From IMG/VR virus record IMGVR_UViG_3300032335_000499: a stretch of DNA of 64,000 nucleotides; one strand, 5' to 3'. Source of the DNA: a virus. Lineage: Duplodnaviria; Heunggongvirae; Uroviricota; Caudoviricetes. Below the pieces are notes generated by a model. The model saw nothing but the letters and a program-made list of their open reading frames with translations, had not been told where the DNA came from and did no database searches. Both the position numbers and the translations under genes were made by a program. Positions within the stretch are counted from its first letter, which is position 1. The number at the start of each line of letters is the position of its first letter. This document shows positions 49,822 through 59,109 of the stretch, one piece after another.

Positions 49822-50938
49822 TATACCATATCATATTGCTAGATTGTGGCCTGAGTTAGTAGAAAACTCTGACTTAGTTCATATAATTTACTGTGGGAGA
49901 AATATTCCTAATAGGGGATTTTTAGCTATTAATAATGCTACTATTGCAAATGAAATTAATCAAGTATTGAATCAAGGCAAAACTATAATAGTGTTTGACA
50001 ATGTACGTGAAACCTTAGCTGAGGCAGAGATTGTAAAGGTGCATGAAATCATATCATTATCTGATATTAGTAATGATAATGTTTATTATCTAACATCAAG
50101 TAATGATGGTATAGTACACTATGAAATGCTATGTGATAAAAATAACTGGCAACCAGTAAAGTTGGTGATCCTACCAACGTTTGAATATTTGGCAGTAGAT
50201 TTATCTAGGGTTAATCACGCTGACCGTGAATATATTATTGAAAATAAATCTAAGAAATTTCTGTGCTTGAATAGACGCCCGCACCTACATCGTGTATCAT
50301 TGTTGGGTATGCTTTCACACAAAGACCTAATCAGTGAAGCACATTATTCATACTATGATGATTCTTTTTGCAAGAGTCTTTTAGCAGATACTTTGATTAA
50401 TGAAAAGTTCACCAGTGAATCTGCAAGTTGCATATTTGAGGGTATAGAAAAAATCGATGCATCTTTGCCCTTGCGTCTTACCCTAGACCAAGAAGCAAAC
50501 AACCCAGACGGCGTTACTAACGTTGATGAATATTTGTTTAGCGAAACATATTTTAGTCTCATCACTGAAACTTTCTTTTTCTCAGGCTCATATTCGAACG
50601 AACTCAACACCGTGTTCATGTCAGAAAAAACGTTTAACGCAATACTAATGAAACATCCTTTTATTATATTAGGAACTCCGCATTCATTAGACCACTTAAG
50701 ACATTTGGGGTATAGAACATTTTCCCCATACATAAATGAAGACTATGATCTTCCCGATAGTGACGAAAATAGAATGCTAAAAATTGTCACTGAGGTTGAA
50801 CGTTTATGCAATATGTCTGACATTGAATGGCTAGACTGGCAGCAGAATGTAAAAGAAATTGTTGACCACAATTATAATATTTTAGTAGAGCGAAGTTATG
50901 GCCCTATTAACAACGTACAACTAGGAAACACTAAATGA
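49802..50938 (+). CDS. glycosyltransferase-like protein, paralog of 46580..47797
   Basis: KKFLCLNRRP..HR, YFSLITET, FMSEKTF...HPFI, GYRTF...EDYD, DHNY. Confidence 0.55.
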   Translation: METLVDNIPYHIARLWPELVENSDLVHIIYCGRNIPNRGFLAINNATIANEINQVLNQGKTIIVFDNVRETLAEAEIVKVHEIISLSDISNDNVYYLTSSNDGIVHYEMLCDKNNWQPVKLVILPTFEYLAVDLSRVNHADREYIIENKSKKFLCLNRRPHLHRVSLLGMLSHKDLISEAHYSYYDDSFCKSLLADTLINEKFTSESASCIFEGIEKIDASLPLRLTLDQEANNPDGVTNVDEYLFSETYFSLITETFFFSGSYSNELNTVFMSEKTFNAILMKHPFIILGTPHSLDHLRHLGYRTFSPYINEDYDLPDSDENRMLKIVTEVERLCNMSDIEWLDWQQNVKEIVDHNYNILVERSYGPINNVQLGNTK

Positions 50939-53022
50939 GCGAACTTAATATATACGCAAAGCCAGCAGAAACAAGACCAATGGAGCCGGATGCCGATACA
51001 AAGCATCTTGCAATGCTTCAGGCTATTGCACCTTATGTTAAAAACAAAGTACAGAAAGGTGTCACTGAAGTAGAGATTGTTCCCTCTACTACTAAAAATA
51101 CTAAGTTACTATTGTTATTGTTACCAGAATGGGCAACAATGTTTCCTCCCTTTAACATGGCAAGACTATCTGCCGTAGCAAAAGGCGCAGGCTATGAAAG
51201 TAAATGCATTGACTTAAACGTTAAAGCTTTCAATTATATGAAAGAAAATAAGAACTGCGGATTAGATTATAGTCCATGGGACGGTGCTCGTGAATGGAAA
51301 TGGACAGGTCACAACTATTACGAAGACTTGCACGAAAGACTAGAGCCTCTTTTCACTTCATACATTGAACAGATTGTAGAATATGCTCCGGACGTAATTG
51401 GCTTTACAACTTATTACTGTAACTATGAGCCTACTAGCTGGATGGCAGGTGAACTTAAGAAAGTATTACCTAACTCAGTATTTGTATTAGGCGGCAGTGA
51501 TGCTCACAAAGAACTAAGAGACATTAATCCAGCGTTTGACTATATTGTTCGAGGAGAAGGTGAAGGCATCATTCTTAACATTCTAGATAATGTAGAGAAG
51601 GGTATTCGATTTGATGAAATGCAAATTCTGCAACAGCCTGAGGGCGAAAGACTTAATTTAAGCGGCTTCCCAACTCCAGATTATTCACACTTTGACTTCA
51701 ATGACTATCAGATTCCGAACGGCGTCAACAGTGAACTTAGTCGCGGCTGCGTTGCTAAGTGTACGTTCTGTGAAGAAACACACTTTTGGAAGTATCGTCA
51801 ACGCCAAGCACTTGACATTCTAACTGAGTTACGCTATCTGTATTACGAGAAGGGTACTGATGTTGTATGGTTTATTGACAGTCTTGTTAATGGTAATCTC
51901 AGTGAGTTGATGGGCTTCTGTAAGGGAGTTATCGCCGCCGGCATGAAGATTCACTGGACAGGGTATTGTCGCTGTGATGGTCGTATGGACTTAGAGTATT
52001 ATCAAATGCTAGCCGATAGTGGTTGTGCAATGCTTAACTACGGTATTGAATCGGGTAGTCAAAAAGTGCTTGATGACATGGATAAGAAGGTTACTGTTGC
52101 TGAGATGGAACAGAACTTTAGAGATGGTGCAGCAACTGGAGTAGGAGCCTTCACTAACTGGATTGTTGGCTTCCCGACTGAACAATATCAAGACTTTGCT
52201 GACACATTAACATTCTTGTGGCGCAATAGAAACATGAACATTATTAATATTAGTCCGGGCTTCGGCTTCGGCCTAGGAATGAATACTGTTGCTGGGCAAA
52301 ACCCTGCACGATTTAACATATTAGATCACAAGTATCTAGATGGTGTCATCACTAAGGACTTTAGATTAAGTAAGTTCCATATTCTAAATCGTATGAAAAG
52401 TTTCTTTATATTCGTGCAGAATTTAATTACTGATAATCCGATTACTATTCCTCAGCGCCCTAACATTCCAATGTTTCACTATAAGTTACACTTATTAGAT
52501 CCTAGTATTCAAAAAGAAATTGAATATGAGCAGTTTGATTATGACATCATTAAGCCAAACATCAGCCCGTTTGCTGATAGTCTAGTAAATGAGATGTTTG
52601 TACTGTTCAGAATGATATGGCGTACTCGTGGCGGATTCCATATGACTGTTAAGTATGATGAAGAACTTGACATGATGGAGTTCGGCGGTCGTAACGCAGG
52701 ACCCTATTGGGCAACACATAAGTTTAATATTGACCATGATGGTAATTGGACATACGATGCTACGTTTAAGTTCGTACAGCCACCCGCTATTGTCGATCCA
52801 GGTGACCCCATGCTTCCTCGCAGTCCGTTCTTTGCTCAAGACTATTCGAGAGAGAAAGTAAACGCTGCTAAGAGAGCTAGAAAGTTAGCTAAGCCAGAAG
52901 AATGGGGAGACGAAGGTAGAGATCATGAACAGTTTATGGCACTGCTAGCAGAAGAAAGAGTATTAAACGAAACTGTTGACTTCACATTTGATTATGAGTG
53001 GTCCGGTTCAGGGAAGTGGTAA
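50935..53022 (+). CDS. B12-binding-domain radical SAM protein (class B methyltransferase-like)
   Basis: N-terminal cobalamin-binding-like domain (DVIGFT, VLGGS, DYIVRGEGE), SRGCVAKCTFC, GIESGSQKVL, IVGFPTE. Confidence 0.85.
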   Translation: MSELNIYAKPAETRPMEPDADTKHLAMLQAIAPYVKNKVQKGVTEVEIVPSTTKNTKLLLLLLPEWATMFPPFNMARLSAVAKGAGYESKCIDLNVKAFNYMKENKNCGLDYSPWDGAREWKWTGHNYYEDLHERLEPLFTSYIEQIVEYAPDVIGFTTYYCNYEPTSWMAGELKKVLPNSVFVLGGSDAHKELRDINPAFDYIVRGEGEGIILNILDNVEKGIRFDEMQILQQPEGERLNLSGFPTPDYSHFDFNDYQIPNGVNSELSRGCVAKCTFCEETHFWKYRQRQALDILTELRYLYYEKGTDVVWFIDSLVNGNLSELMGFCKGVIAAGMKIHWTGYCRCDGRMDLEYYQMLADSGCAMLNYGIESGSQKVLDDMDKKVTVAEMEQNFRDGAATGVGAFTNWIVGFPTEQYQDFADTLTFLWRNRNMNIINISPGFGFGLGMNTVAGQNPARFNILDHKYLDGVITKDFRLSKFHILNRMKSFFIFVQNLITDNPITIPQRPNIPMFHYKLHLLDPSIQKEIEYEQFDYDIIKPNISPFADSLVNEMFVLFRMIWRTRGGFHMTVKYDEELDMMEFGGRNAGPYWATHKFNIDHDGNWTYDATFKFVQPPAIVDPGDPMLPRSPFFAQDYSREKVNAAKRARKLAKPEEWGDEGRDHEQFMALLAEERVLNETVDFTFDYEWSGSGKW

Positions 53023-53115
53023 TTATGGGGCACCGTATACTGTTGACAGTATCGGAGTTGATCCTAGGTATTCGTTGCAGATAACCGGCATACTGACACC
53101 ATAAAGAGAGAAACG

Positions 53116-53220
53116 ATGTTTAAATTTGTTAAGAATCTATATAATAAAGTAAAGAGAGAAATTCAGTATCGTAAGCGTATCAAGGAACTACGCAAAAGAG
53201 ATCCGTTTATCTATAAGTGA
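53116..53220 (+). CDS. 34-aa basic peptide preceding the carbamoyltransferase (not in ORF track)
   Basis: MFKFVKNLYNKVKREIQYRKRIKELRKRDPFIYK*; purine-rich RBS; stop 1 nt before the next ATG. Confidence 0.7.
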   Translation: MFKFVKNLYNKVKREIQYRKRIKELRKRDPFIYK

Positions 53221-53221
53221 T

Positions 53222-54715
53222 ATGAACTACGTAGGAATCAGTTGCGGCTTTCATGACGCTGCTTTAAGTGTCATTAGTGATGGTGGCAATATACTTTTTG
53301 CTGGGCACAGTGAGCGTTACAGTATGAAGAAGCATGACAGTGAACTATGTTTGGGTATAGTGGATGACGCTAGAGATCATATCAATGATGACTTTGAGGT
53401 TCATTATTATGAGCGTCCATATGTCAAGGCTGTTAGACAGTTCTTCGCAGGACAAGAGCTTGGTCCGTTCAATGTCAATAAGATTATCGGCAATCAGAAC
53501 CTACGTATGTTAGAGAGTATGAAGAATATTCGGCAGGGTAAAGTAAAGACTCATAATCACCACTTGTGTCACGTAGCAGCAGGATTCCAAACGAGTCCAT
53601 ATGAGGATGCCACAGTAGTTGTTATTGATGCTATCGGTGAGTTAGATACAATTAGTATATGGGATGCAAAATATGATAAAACGGGTAAGGCAACGTATAA
53701 GAAGATTTGGGGACGTAAGTATCCTGACTCGATTGGTCTTTTTTATTCTGCGATGACAGCAAGGGTAGGTCTGCGCCCACTAGATGAAGAATATATTCTA
53801 ATGGGTATGGCTGCATACGGTGAACCTCTATACAATGCAGATATGAAAAAATTGTTTAGTAACTTTGGCAGTATTGTGTTAAAGGATAACTTACATATCG
53901 GGGTTGACGCAGATTTTCTCAGAGAAGCAGATAAAATGGACATTGCAGCATCCGCGCAAGCTGTGGTTGAACAGTTAATTGAAACTGTAATCAAAAAGGC
54001 TAAGAAGTTAGGCAAGAGCGACAATCTCGTATATGGGGGCGGCGTCGCCCTCAACTGTCTTGCTAACAGATTGATTGGTAAGTACTATGAGAACATTTGG
54101 ATCATGCCTAATCCAGGTGATGCGGGCAATAGCTTAGGCGCAGCAGCGTTAGGCTATGGTAAGAAGGTCAACTGGACTGATGCATTTTTGGGCTATGATA
54201 TCAAGGGCAAGTATCCGGTTGACAACATACTAAAAGAGTTGTATACTAATAAGATGGTAGGTGTCGCTAGTGGCAAGGCAGAGTTTGGCCCTCGTGCATT
54301 AGGTAACCGAAGCCTACTAGCAGACCCTCGAGGGCCTGAGATTAAGGATATAGTAAATGACATTAAACGAAGACAGCAATTCAGACCATTTGCGCCTGTT
54401 ATTTTGGAGGAGCTGGTTACTGATTATTTTGACATGCCTAGCGGCTGGAGTGACAGTAGGTATATGCAAGTCATCGCTACTTGTAGGCATCCTGACTTAT
54501 TTCCTGCTATCGTTCACGCTGACGGGACTTCTCGTGTACAAACTGTGCCGAATGATGGATCAGGAATCAGAAAGCTCTTAGAAGCTTGGTATAAAGAAAC
54601 AGGCTGTCCAATGCTACTGAATACATCGTTAAATATTCGTGGTGAACCAATGGTTAATAGTCGCAGTGATGCCGACAGATTTGAAAAACTCTACGGAGTA
54701 AAAGTCTGCTCATAA
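53222..54715 (+). CDS. O-carbamoyltransferase (CmcH/NodU/TobZ family)
   Basis: FHDAA, HHLCH, DAIGE, GGVALNC, GDAG, EFGPRALGNRS, FRPFAP, HADGTSRVQTV, LLNTSLN. Confidence 0.92.
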   Translation: MNYVGISCGFHDAALSVISDGGNILFAGHSERYSMKKHDSELCLGIVDDARDHINDDFEVHYYERPYVKAVRQFFAGQELGPFNVNKIIGNQNLRMLESMKNIRQGKVKTHNHHLCHVAAGFQTSPYEDATVVVIDAIGELDTISIWDAKYDKTGKATYKKIWGRKYPDSIGLFYSAMTARVGLRPLDEEYILMGMAAYGEPLYNADMKKLFSNFGSIVLKDNLHIGVDADFLREADKMDIAASAQAVVEQLIETVIKKAKKLGKSDNLVYGGGVALNCLANRLIGKYYENIWIMPNPGDAGNSLGAAALGYGKKVNWTDAFLGYDIKGKYPVDNILKELYTNKMVGVASGKAEFGPRALGNRSLLADPRGPEIKDIVNDIKRRQQFRPFAPVILEELVTDYFDMPSGWSDSRYMQVIATCRHPDLFPAIVHADGTSRVQTVPNDGSGIRKLLEAWYKETGCPMLLNTSLNIRGEPMVNSRSDADRFEKLYGVKVCS

Positions 54716-54718
54716 GTA
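54711..54718 (+). promoter_or_regulatory. late-promoter-like motif CATAAGTA, 6 nt before ATG
   Basis: Same ATAAGTA variant as at 9283; no SD before ATG 54725. Confidence 0.35.
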
Positions 54719-54724
54719 GATAGT

Positions 54725-57700
54725 ATGTTGAGAGACGTTTTTTATTACGGCGATAAGCCTAATGTTCACCCTAGAGAACAGTTCGCAGAGAATCTAGCTG
54801 ATGCTAGATTCAAATCCACTACGCATGACTTTTGGATTATCAATGAGTTCTGTGATTACCAAAACTTTGATTGGGACTTTGACTTTGAGTTACTGCCCGA
54901 CGAAGATGTTTGGGCAGAAGATCACAACAACGTGTGGCCTAGCCAACATCAGAAAGACTCTGGTACATGGTTGTGTCCAAAAGAATATAGTGACATTATT
55001 ATCTATCGCGGAGACGTAGATCCTGTCAAGAGAAAGAACGAACGAACATCAAATTGGATTCTGCTAGATAATATAGATGATTCTAAGTTTGACTTTAGTT
55101 GGCATCCCGATCCCACTGCGCCTGCTTACATATACAAGTGGGGATGCAAGTTCTTTCCCGCAGAGTTAAAGCACGTACTAGAATATCACGTAGAAGGTGC
55201 TACAACCGAAAAGTATATGAATGTCATTGCAGAATTGCTACCTAATAGTGACTGCTGGACCGAACATGACTTGATTAACAAAACAAAGTTCGATATGTCA
55301 TGGCGTCCAAACCCAATGGATCCTCCCTTCATCTATGTTTGGGGTAACAAATGGGTAGACGGAAAACTAAAACCTACTCTAACGTATCATGCTCCGAATG
55401 CAGTAGACACAAAGTACATGCCGGAACATGTTCCTGTTCTTCCTGAATGGGACAAGTGGGTAGAAATACAAGCAGTAGACAAAAATAAGTTTGATTTCAC
55501 TTGGCGCCCTGACCCAAGAGAACCTTCATACATTTACACCTGGGGTAATAAGCACATTGCAGCACAAGATCGCCCAACCCTAGAATATCACTGCGATGAT
55601 GCAACTGATAGAAAGTATATGGATGAACAAGTTCCCGTTCTCCCTGAATGGGACCGCTGGAAGATAGTGCAAAAGATAGACATGAATAGCGTTGATTTCA
55701 CTTGGCGCCCTGATCCTAAAGAACCTCCTTTCACTTACGTATTCGGTAATGAGTTATACGATGCTGTAAAGATGCCTACAATTATCTACAACATGCCCGA
55801 CGGTCCGGAAGTAAAGTATATGGGCAATCTTAAAGCTAAGTTAGCTCCCAACGTTGAAAAGTTCCGAGTGCTGATTCCGATTGACAATGACAGCTTTGAT
55901 TTTGCATGGCTTCCAGATCCAGACGAACCTCCTTACATTTATACATGGGGAAATCAGTGGAATAGTGCTGAGATAGAACCCACTGTTGAATTTCATGTGG
56001 AAGGCGCTACGCAACGCAAGTTTATGGATGCTAGAGCAACAGTGCTTCCTGACATGAGCCGCTGGTTAGAGATTCAAGAAGTAGATAAGAGTAAGTTTGA
56101 TTTCAGTTGGAGACCTGATCCCACTTCGCCTCCTTACATTTATACATGGGGTAACAAATGGATTGATGCAGAATTGCGCCCCACGCTTGAGTATCATTGC
56201 GAAGGTGCAGTTGAACCTAAGTACATGAGTAATGATGTTCCTGTGACGCCGGAGTCAGATAGATGGAAAATCTTACAAAAGATTTTACCTGACAGCTTTG
56301 ACTTCACCTGGCGTCCTGACCCAAGAGAGCCACCTTATACCTATGTGTTCGGTAATGAATTGTATGATGCAATCAAGATGCCGACTATCATGTATAATAT
56401 GCCCGACGGTCCGGAAACAAAATACGTACATGATATCACTGCAAAATTAGCAGGGAATAGAAGTCTATACGAGCATTTAGAAGACGCTGAGTTAGAAGAT
56501 TATTCTTGGGTTCCGGATCCAGATAGCCCGCCCTACATATATGCATGGGGAAATCAGTGGAATAAGCCAGAAGATAAGATATCTATTCAAATCTCCGTGC
56601 CAGGTGCTACTGAATACAAATACATGGAACAACGAGCAATCCGTAAACCTAATAGAACTAATTGGGAAATACCGGATAGCCTATCTGCATTTGACTTTAG
56701 TTGGGAACCTAACCCAAATGATCCTCCCTATATCTATGAATTTGCGACAGTATGGAATAATAGAGGCGGCCCTCGCTACGTAGTACCTGGCGCTACTGAA
56801 TACAAGTATGTCGAAGATATCAAAGCTGTTTTAAAACCTGATAGAACTAACTGGGAAATTCAAGAAGGCGTCGATACCTCCGGCTTCGATTTCTCGTGGG
56901 TCCCACATCCGGACGCACCTGCATACGTCTATCAGTTTGGTACTAAAACTGACAACGACGATGGTCCTAGATACGTTACTCCAAACAATAGCGGCGAAGT
57001 TGTGTATTTGGAAAGAATAGAGTCAACTGTCATCGTAGTTGGTCAGTACCCTATCGAAACTACACTAGATGATCTAGTAGCACAACATCCTAATGAAATC
57101 TTTTGGGCTACGAGAAAGAACATTGACTACTCTAGCTTTGATTTTGACTGGCGACCAGGCATAGTTGAAGTAGCATGGGAACTAGATTATGTTCATGTAT
57201 TCGGTTCACCTGATTCAGAGCTAACACAAACATATTTTATCAGTGCCAAACACTATGCAGAAGGTAATACTAGTCTTAAGTTCGTAGAAGAATTGAAGCT
57301 AGATGAAAGTACTCTTTCTAAAATCTTTGCTAAACCCGACATGTTCTTTGTAGATAGAAGTAATCCAGAATCAGCAGCAAGATTTGAAGCACTAAGGGCA
57401 AAATTTGGCACGAGAATTCAAAAGACTCGCTATCTCAACTCATGGGTAGATACTATTAGTCGTTGTAATAATCGTGCAACTACTGAATTGCTTTGGGTGT
57501 TCAACAGTGAGCTAGACTATACCGACTTCAACTTTGATTATTATCCTAACCCTTGGCAGATGAAGATGGTGCATGTATTCGGAACTCAGTGGTCACATTG
57601 GGGTACTACATTTATGGTCAATCGTGAGACCTTTAAAGAAGATACAAAATATATCAAGGTCATCGAACACCTATCAAATCTTAACTTTGTGAAGAATATT

Positions 57701-59062
57701 AAAGCTAACGCAACTCAGTGTATTCATGATATTATAGTTATTGACCATGGCAATACAGAATTACCATCCGTGCTAAAAACTGTTAATAGCAAAGCATGTG
57801 GAAGAAACGTAACAACTATCTCATATAACACCAGTTACTTTGGTACTCTCAAAGAAATCTTAAAGAGGCAACAAGAGAAGAAAGAACATTATATTTGGAT
57901 TTGCTCTAGTGTTTGTGACTATAGCGACTTTGATTTCTCGTATATATGTGACCCATACGCTAAGGACCAGCTGCATGTCTTCCCCAGCGGTATACAGAAG
58001 TTTGGAGATACATTCTTTGTTGATGTTAATTTGGCACGTGAGTTAATTGATGAAATGGAAAAACTAGAAGACTTCCGTAAAGTTAACTTTAACCCCACTA
58101 TTAAAGCAAAGAGACTTCCAGAACCGGTAATAGTAACAACTGCTGATACACACGTTGCATCAATTAAAAATGTCACAGGGTTCCCGTACGCCACTATAAT
58201 CACCGAGGATAATGTAGACATTGAGGATACAGTTATTGAACCGATGAATTTATGGTTTCCAGAGTCAAAGAACATATTGATTACTAGCACCGGCGGAACT
58301 AGAATTGTTGTTCCGATAGAAGCTAAAGATTATGTTACGAGTGAACTGTACGAATACCCATATATCAAGCGTATGCCTAAGCTAGTGAAATCAAATCCGC
58401 TAGACATTGTATTCTTGAGCAACGGGGAAACCGGAGCAGAAGAAAACTATGAACATCTATTGAAAGTTACTGCAAACTTATCCAATAGGGTAGTGAGAGT
58501 AGACGGAGTAAATGGTAGAGTAGCAGCGTATCATGCAGCAGCAGAAGCAAGCAACACGCCATGGTTCTTTACTGTCTTTGCGAAACTAGAAGTCAGTCCT
58601 AAGTTTGATTGGAATTGGCAACCGGACAGAATGCAGATACCTAAGCATTATATCTTTCACGCAAAGAATCCTGTTAATGGTTTAATCTATGGGCACCAAG
58701 CTATGATTGCTTATAATAAGAAGTTGACATTAGGTAACGAGGGTAAGGGACTAGACTTTACGTTAGACAATCATCACGAAGTAGTGCCATTGATCTCCGG
58801 CACGGCACGTTATAACACTGATAGTTTCTCAGCATGGCGTACTGCTTTCAGAGAAGCAATTAAGTTAAAGATGGGTAACGATGATGATTCCCGTGAACGC
58901 CTTGAAGCATGGCTTACCAAAGGCGAGGGTGAGTTCGCAGAATATAGTATCAAGGGCGCTCAAGACGCTATGACCTATTATGATGAGGTCAACGGGGATT
59001 TTGACAAACTAAAACTAAGCTATGAGTGGATTTGGCTCAAAGAAAAATTTGATCAAATTTAA
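54725..59062 (+). CDS. 1445-aa Trp/Pro-rich repeat protein with degenerate GT-A domains
   Basis: Ten ~60-68-aa repeats, then degenerate GT-like modules and a C-terminal domain paralogous to 37256..38200. Confidence 0.75.
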   Translation: MLRDVFYYGDKPNVHPREQFAENLADARFKSTTHDFWIINEFCDYQNFDWDFDFELLPDEDVWAEDHNNVWPSQHQKDSGTWLCPKEYSDIIIYRGDVDPVKRKNERTSNWILLDNIDDSKFDFSWHPDPTAPAYIYKWGCKFFPAELKHVLEYHVEGATTEKYMNVIAELLPNSDCWTEHDLINKTKFDMSWRPNPMDPPFIYVWGNKWVDGKLKPTLTYHAPNAVDTKYMPEHVPVLPEWDKWVEIQAVDKNKFDFTWRPDPREPSYIYTWGNKHIAAQDRPTLEYHCDDATDRKYMDEQVPVLPEWDRWKIVQKIDMNSVDFTWRPDPKEPPFTYVFGNELYDAVKMPTIIYNMPDGPEVKYMGNLKAKLAPNVEKFRVLIPIDNDSFDFAWLPDPDEPPYIYTWGNQWNSAEIEPTVEFHVEGATQRKFMDARATVLPDMSRWLEIQEVDKSKFDFSWRPDPTSPPYIYTWGNKWIDAELRPTLEYHCEGAVEPKYMSNDVPVTPESDRWKILQKILPDSFDFTWRPDPREPPYTYVFGNELYDAIKMPTIMYNMPDGPETKYVHDITAKLAGNRSLYEHLEDAELEDYSWVPDPDSPPYIYAWGNQWNKPEDKISIQISVPGATEYKYMEQRAIRKPNRTNWEIPDSLSAFDFSWEPNPNDPPYIYEFATVWNNRGGPRYVVPGATEYKYVEDIKAVLKPDRTNWEIQEGVDTSGFDFSWVPHPDAPAYVYQFGTKTDNDDGPRYVTPNNSGEVVYLERIESTVIVVGQYPIETTLDDLVAQHPNEIFWATRKNIDYSSFDFDWRPGIVEVAWELDYVHVFGSPDSELTQTYFISAKHYAEGNTSLKFVEELKLDESTLSKIFAKPDMFFVDRSNPESAARFEALRAKFGTRIQKTRYLNSWVDTISRCNNRATTELLWVFNSELDYTDFNFDYYPNPWQMKMVHVFGTQWSHWGTTFMVNRETFKEDTKYIKVIEHLSNLNFVKNIKANATQCIHDIIVIDHGNTELPSVLKTVNSKACGRNVTTISYNTSYFGTLKEILKRQQEKKEHYIWICSSVCDYSDFDFSYICDPYAKDQLHVFPSGIQKFGDTFFVDVNLARELIDEMEKLEDFRKVNFNPTIKAKRLPEPVIVTTADTHVASIKNVTGFPYATIITEDNVDIEDTVIEPMNLWFPESKNILITSTGGTRIVVPIEAKDYVTSELYEYPYIKRMPKLVKSNPLDIVFLSNGETGAEENYEHLLKVTANLSNRVVRVDGVNGRVAAYHAAAEASNTPWFFTVFAKLEVSPKFDWNWQPDRMQIPKHYIFHAKNPVNGLIYGHQAMIAYNKKLTLGNEGKGLDFTLDNHHEVVPLISGTARYNTDSFSAWRTAFREAIKLKMGNDDDSRERLEAWLTKGEGEFAEYSIKGAQDAMTYYDEVNGDFDKLKLSYEWIWLKEKFDQI
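55050..57015 (+). repeat. ten tandem ~200-nt coding repeats (FDFxWxPDPxxPPYIYxWGN...KYM)
   Basis: Visible in the translation; DNA identity between units, e.g. atgcccgacggtccggaa near 55793 and 56399. Confidence 0.85.
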
Positions 59063-59070
59063 AATAGTGC

Positions 59071-59099
59071 TTGACATTACCAAAAAAGATAAGTATAAT
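59071..59099 (+). promoter_or_regulatory. sigma70-type promoter
   Basis: TTGACA-17 nt-TATAAT, perfect consensus, intergenic. Confidence 0.85.
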
Positions 59100-59109
59100 A
59101 GAGGATACT

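Noticed and set aside
53116-53220. 34-aa peptide as a RiPP precursor for the radical SAM array
   Set aside because: No leader/core pattern, protease, transporter or recognisable RRE domain; the surrounding enzymes are sugar-oriented and the peptide is coupled to the carbamoyltransferase.
55050-57015. Repeats as a CRISPR array or diversity-generating retroelement target
   Set aside because: They are degenerate in-frame coding repeats without constant repeat/spacer structure, and no cas or reverse transcriptase gene is in the window.
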